From positions 156,984,001 through 157,048,000 of the forward strand of contig NC_042998.1 of the NCBI RefSeq assembly GCF_006345805.1: a stretch of DNA of 64,000 nt, in the 5' to 3' direction. Shown one piece after another: positions 61,992-64,000 of this stretch. Below the pieces are notes generated by a model that saw only the letters and a list, made by a program, of their open reading frames with translations, was not told where the DNA came from and did no database searches. Positions within the stretch are counted from its first letter, which is position 1; each line of letters begins with the position of its first letter. The DNA is from Octopus sinensis (taxonomy: Eukaryota). The position numbers and the translations under genes are program-made.

Positions 61992-64000
61992 AATTAAATT
62001 AAATTTGTTATAATTGTGAAAAATATAATATAACCATATACATATAAATATAAAAATGTAAAATATAAAAAATATAAAAACTTATACATCATAATGCTAC
62101 ACTTATATAATATAATACTTATTGGTACAATAAAGGAAGGTAAACAGAACAAAATAAAACAAAATATATATCAGTGTATATACTAATATTAATAAGTACC
62201 GATATTATACATATTTGGCTAATAGTTTTTTTTGTTTTTTTTTTAAAAAAACTAACACATAGGGAGATGAAAAATAATAATTAAAACCATGGTTCAGTTC
62301 ATAAAATTCTAAAGCTATGAAAGTTAATAAAAATTACTATTAATATTAATAATAATAATAATAATAATAAAAATAATAATAATAATAATAGATACAGTTA
62401 AGTTAGCACCAAGTCCATCCTTTCAAGATCGAAATAACTATGAGTTTAGAAATGCTGATCACTAGGTAAAGAAAATTTAGATTAATTCGATTGGCTATTG
62501 GTTTGAAATTTAAATCACAAAAGAAAATTATACGGTTGGTTAGTCACGGAACGCCAATATTCACACACGCATCTACAGATCAATCGCACATACACACATA
62601 GTTATATGTATATACATACACTTATACACATACATAATCACAAGCAACAACTAGCACATAGATAAACAAAAAGGGAAGCAACTATGCTACCATTTAGTCC
62701 TTCAAAATTATAACTGTGCTTCAAATAACGAAAAAAGAACCACCCATGCATTTCATAAAATATTTAATTTAGATATAAATATATTTTTAAATATCAATAT
62801 GTTACTAAGTCAGAAAATTATTTCATGGGTAACTTAAAATTTATAACACCGGTTTGTTGCATAGTAAACATACGGTTGTTAGATTTATCGTAAGTTTGTT
62901 ATGATTCCAAGTACGCTAAATTATAAAATATAAAATATATATTAATTTATATTATAAATAAATCACTTATTTACTTAATAAATTTAATGCCATAATATAC
63001 CAGTTTAGGCATTAAAAAATAGAAGGGGAAGTACTAATGTAAACGCTTATGAGAACATCACAGAAATTTTTAAAAATTTATATTATAAATACTTAAGGTA
63101 AAATGTGAAAAGATAAATAAGAAGGAATAAAAACTAAGGAATAAATACGGTTATACACATATTATAAGTACAAACCAGTATATATGTATTCATATATTAT
63201 TAAAATTAAATAAAAATAAATGATAGATATGTATGTATAAAACTACCCTAGTATAAGTAAATAAGTAAAAAATAAATAGATAACAAATTAGATGACTTGA
63301 TATGTATGTAAACATCTACACTTAAATAGGCAAATAAATAAATAATTAGAAGACTAAATGCAGAGATTGATAACATTACAATAAAATAAAATAAAATAAA
63401 AATAAAAAATAAATAAAGTGAATATATATGTTATATTGTTGAAAGTAAATATGTATGGAAGGATAATTTAAAGTACAGATCCAGAGGACTATAGATATAA
63501 ACTAAATATATAAGGCTGGTAATATTTATAAAGCCAAATGTATGTAAATGAGAAAATGAAAAAAATGAAAAAAATGAAAAAGGTTTATTAGTGAGTAGCA
63601 TAAGATACAAATTAAGGTGAGTACAAAGAAAGACCAATATACAATAAAAACCTTCCAAAAACACATACAAAAAACCTATATTCTCTACCTAAACACACCA
63701 AACTTATAAAAGGCTCTCATATATTACATATTATACAATATCCTTACATTATCTAGAGCTAGGTATCTAACCAAGATATACATATATACTATGCAATATA
63801 CTATGCAATATTAGAAAACTTCAAAAATCACATATTACAAGGCAAATACCAAAATGAATATGTTATATCGTGTCATATTGCATTTCCCTTAAAAAACAAA
63901 CAAAAACCCACATACAAAAAACAAGAAACAAATAATACTAGACACATCTATTATTATTATACAAATGTAGCTATAAAAATTATAAATTTATAATTTGTAT

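Overview
Eukaryotic, AT-rich, repeat-dominated genomic DNA. The repeat families and (TA/CA)n density suggest an octopus or other coleoid cephalopod (inference). The only host gene is the 5' part of mitochondrial Lon protease (LONP1) on the minus strand. I reconstructed six coding exons with GT-AG junctions and continuous frame (49198-48596, 36595-36507, 35156-35037, 32463-32408, 31472-31300, 24514-24453). I could not find the next exon, so the gene probably continues beyond the left edge. The rest is decayed mobile DNA: two tail-to-tail CR1-like LINEs, several RTE-clade LINEs and their 3' tails, an R4/NeSL-type RLE retroelement, tRNA-derived SINEs, MITEs, a hAT-like relic, and Penelope-like elements (PLEs) with C-terminal GIY-YIG endonuclease. 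The most interesting signal is a set of about ten hammerhead ribozyme (HHR) motifs, mostly in PLE pseudo-LTRs. Several have stem II expanded into a ~50-100 nt hairpin with a conserved, covarying CUCAU/AUGAG helix. Their stem III palindromic loops differ by family, and an apparently intact HHR lies in sense orientation inside a LONP1 intron. The LONP1 introns also contain many near-perfect inverted repeats, including a perfect 216-bp palindrome. All structures were read by eye; none was computed or searched.
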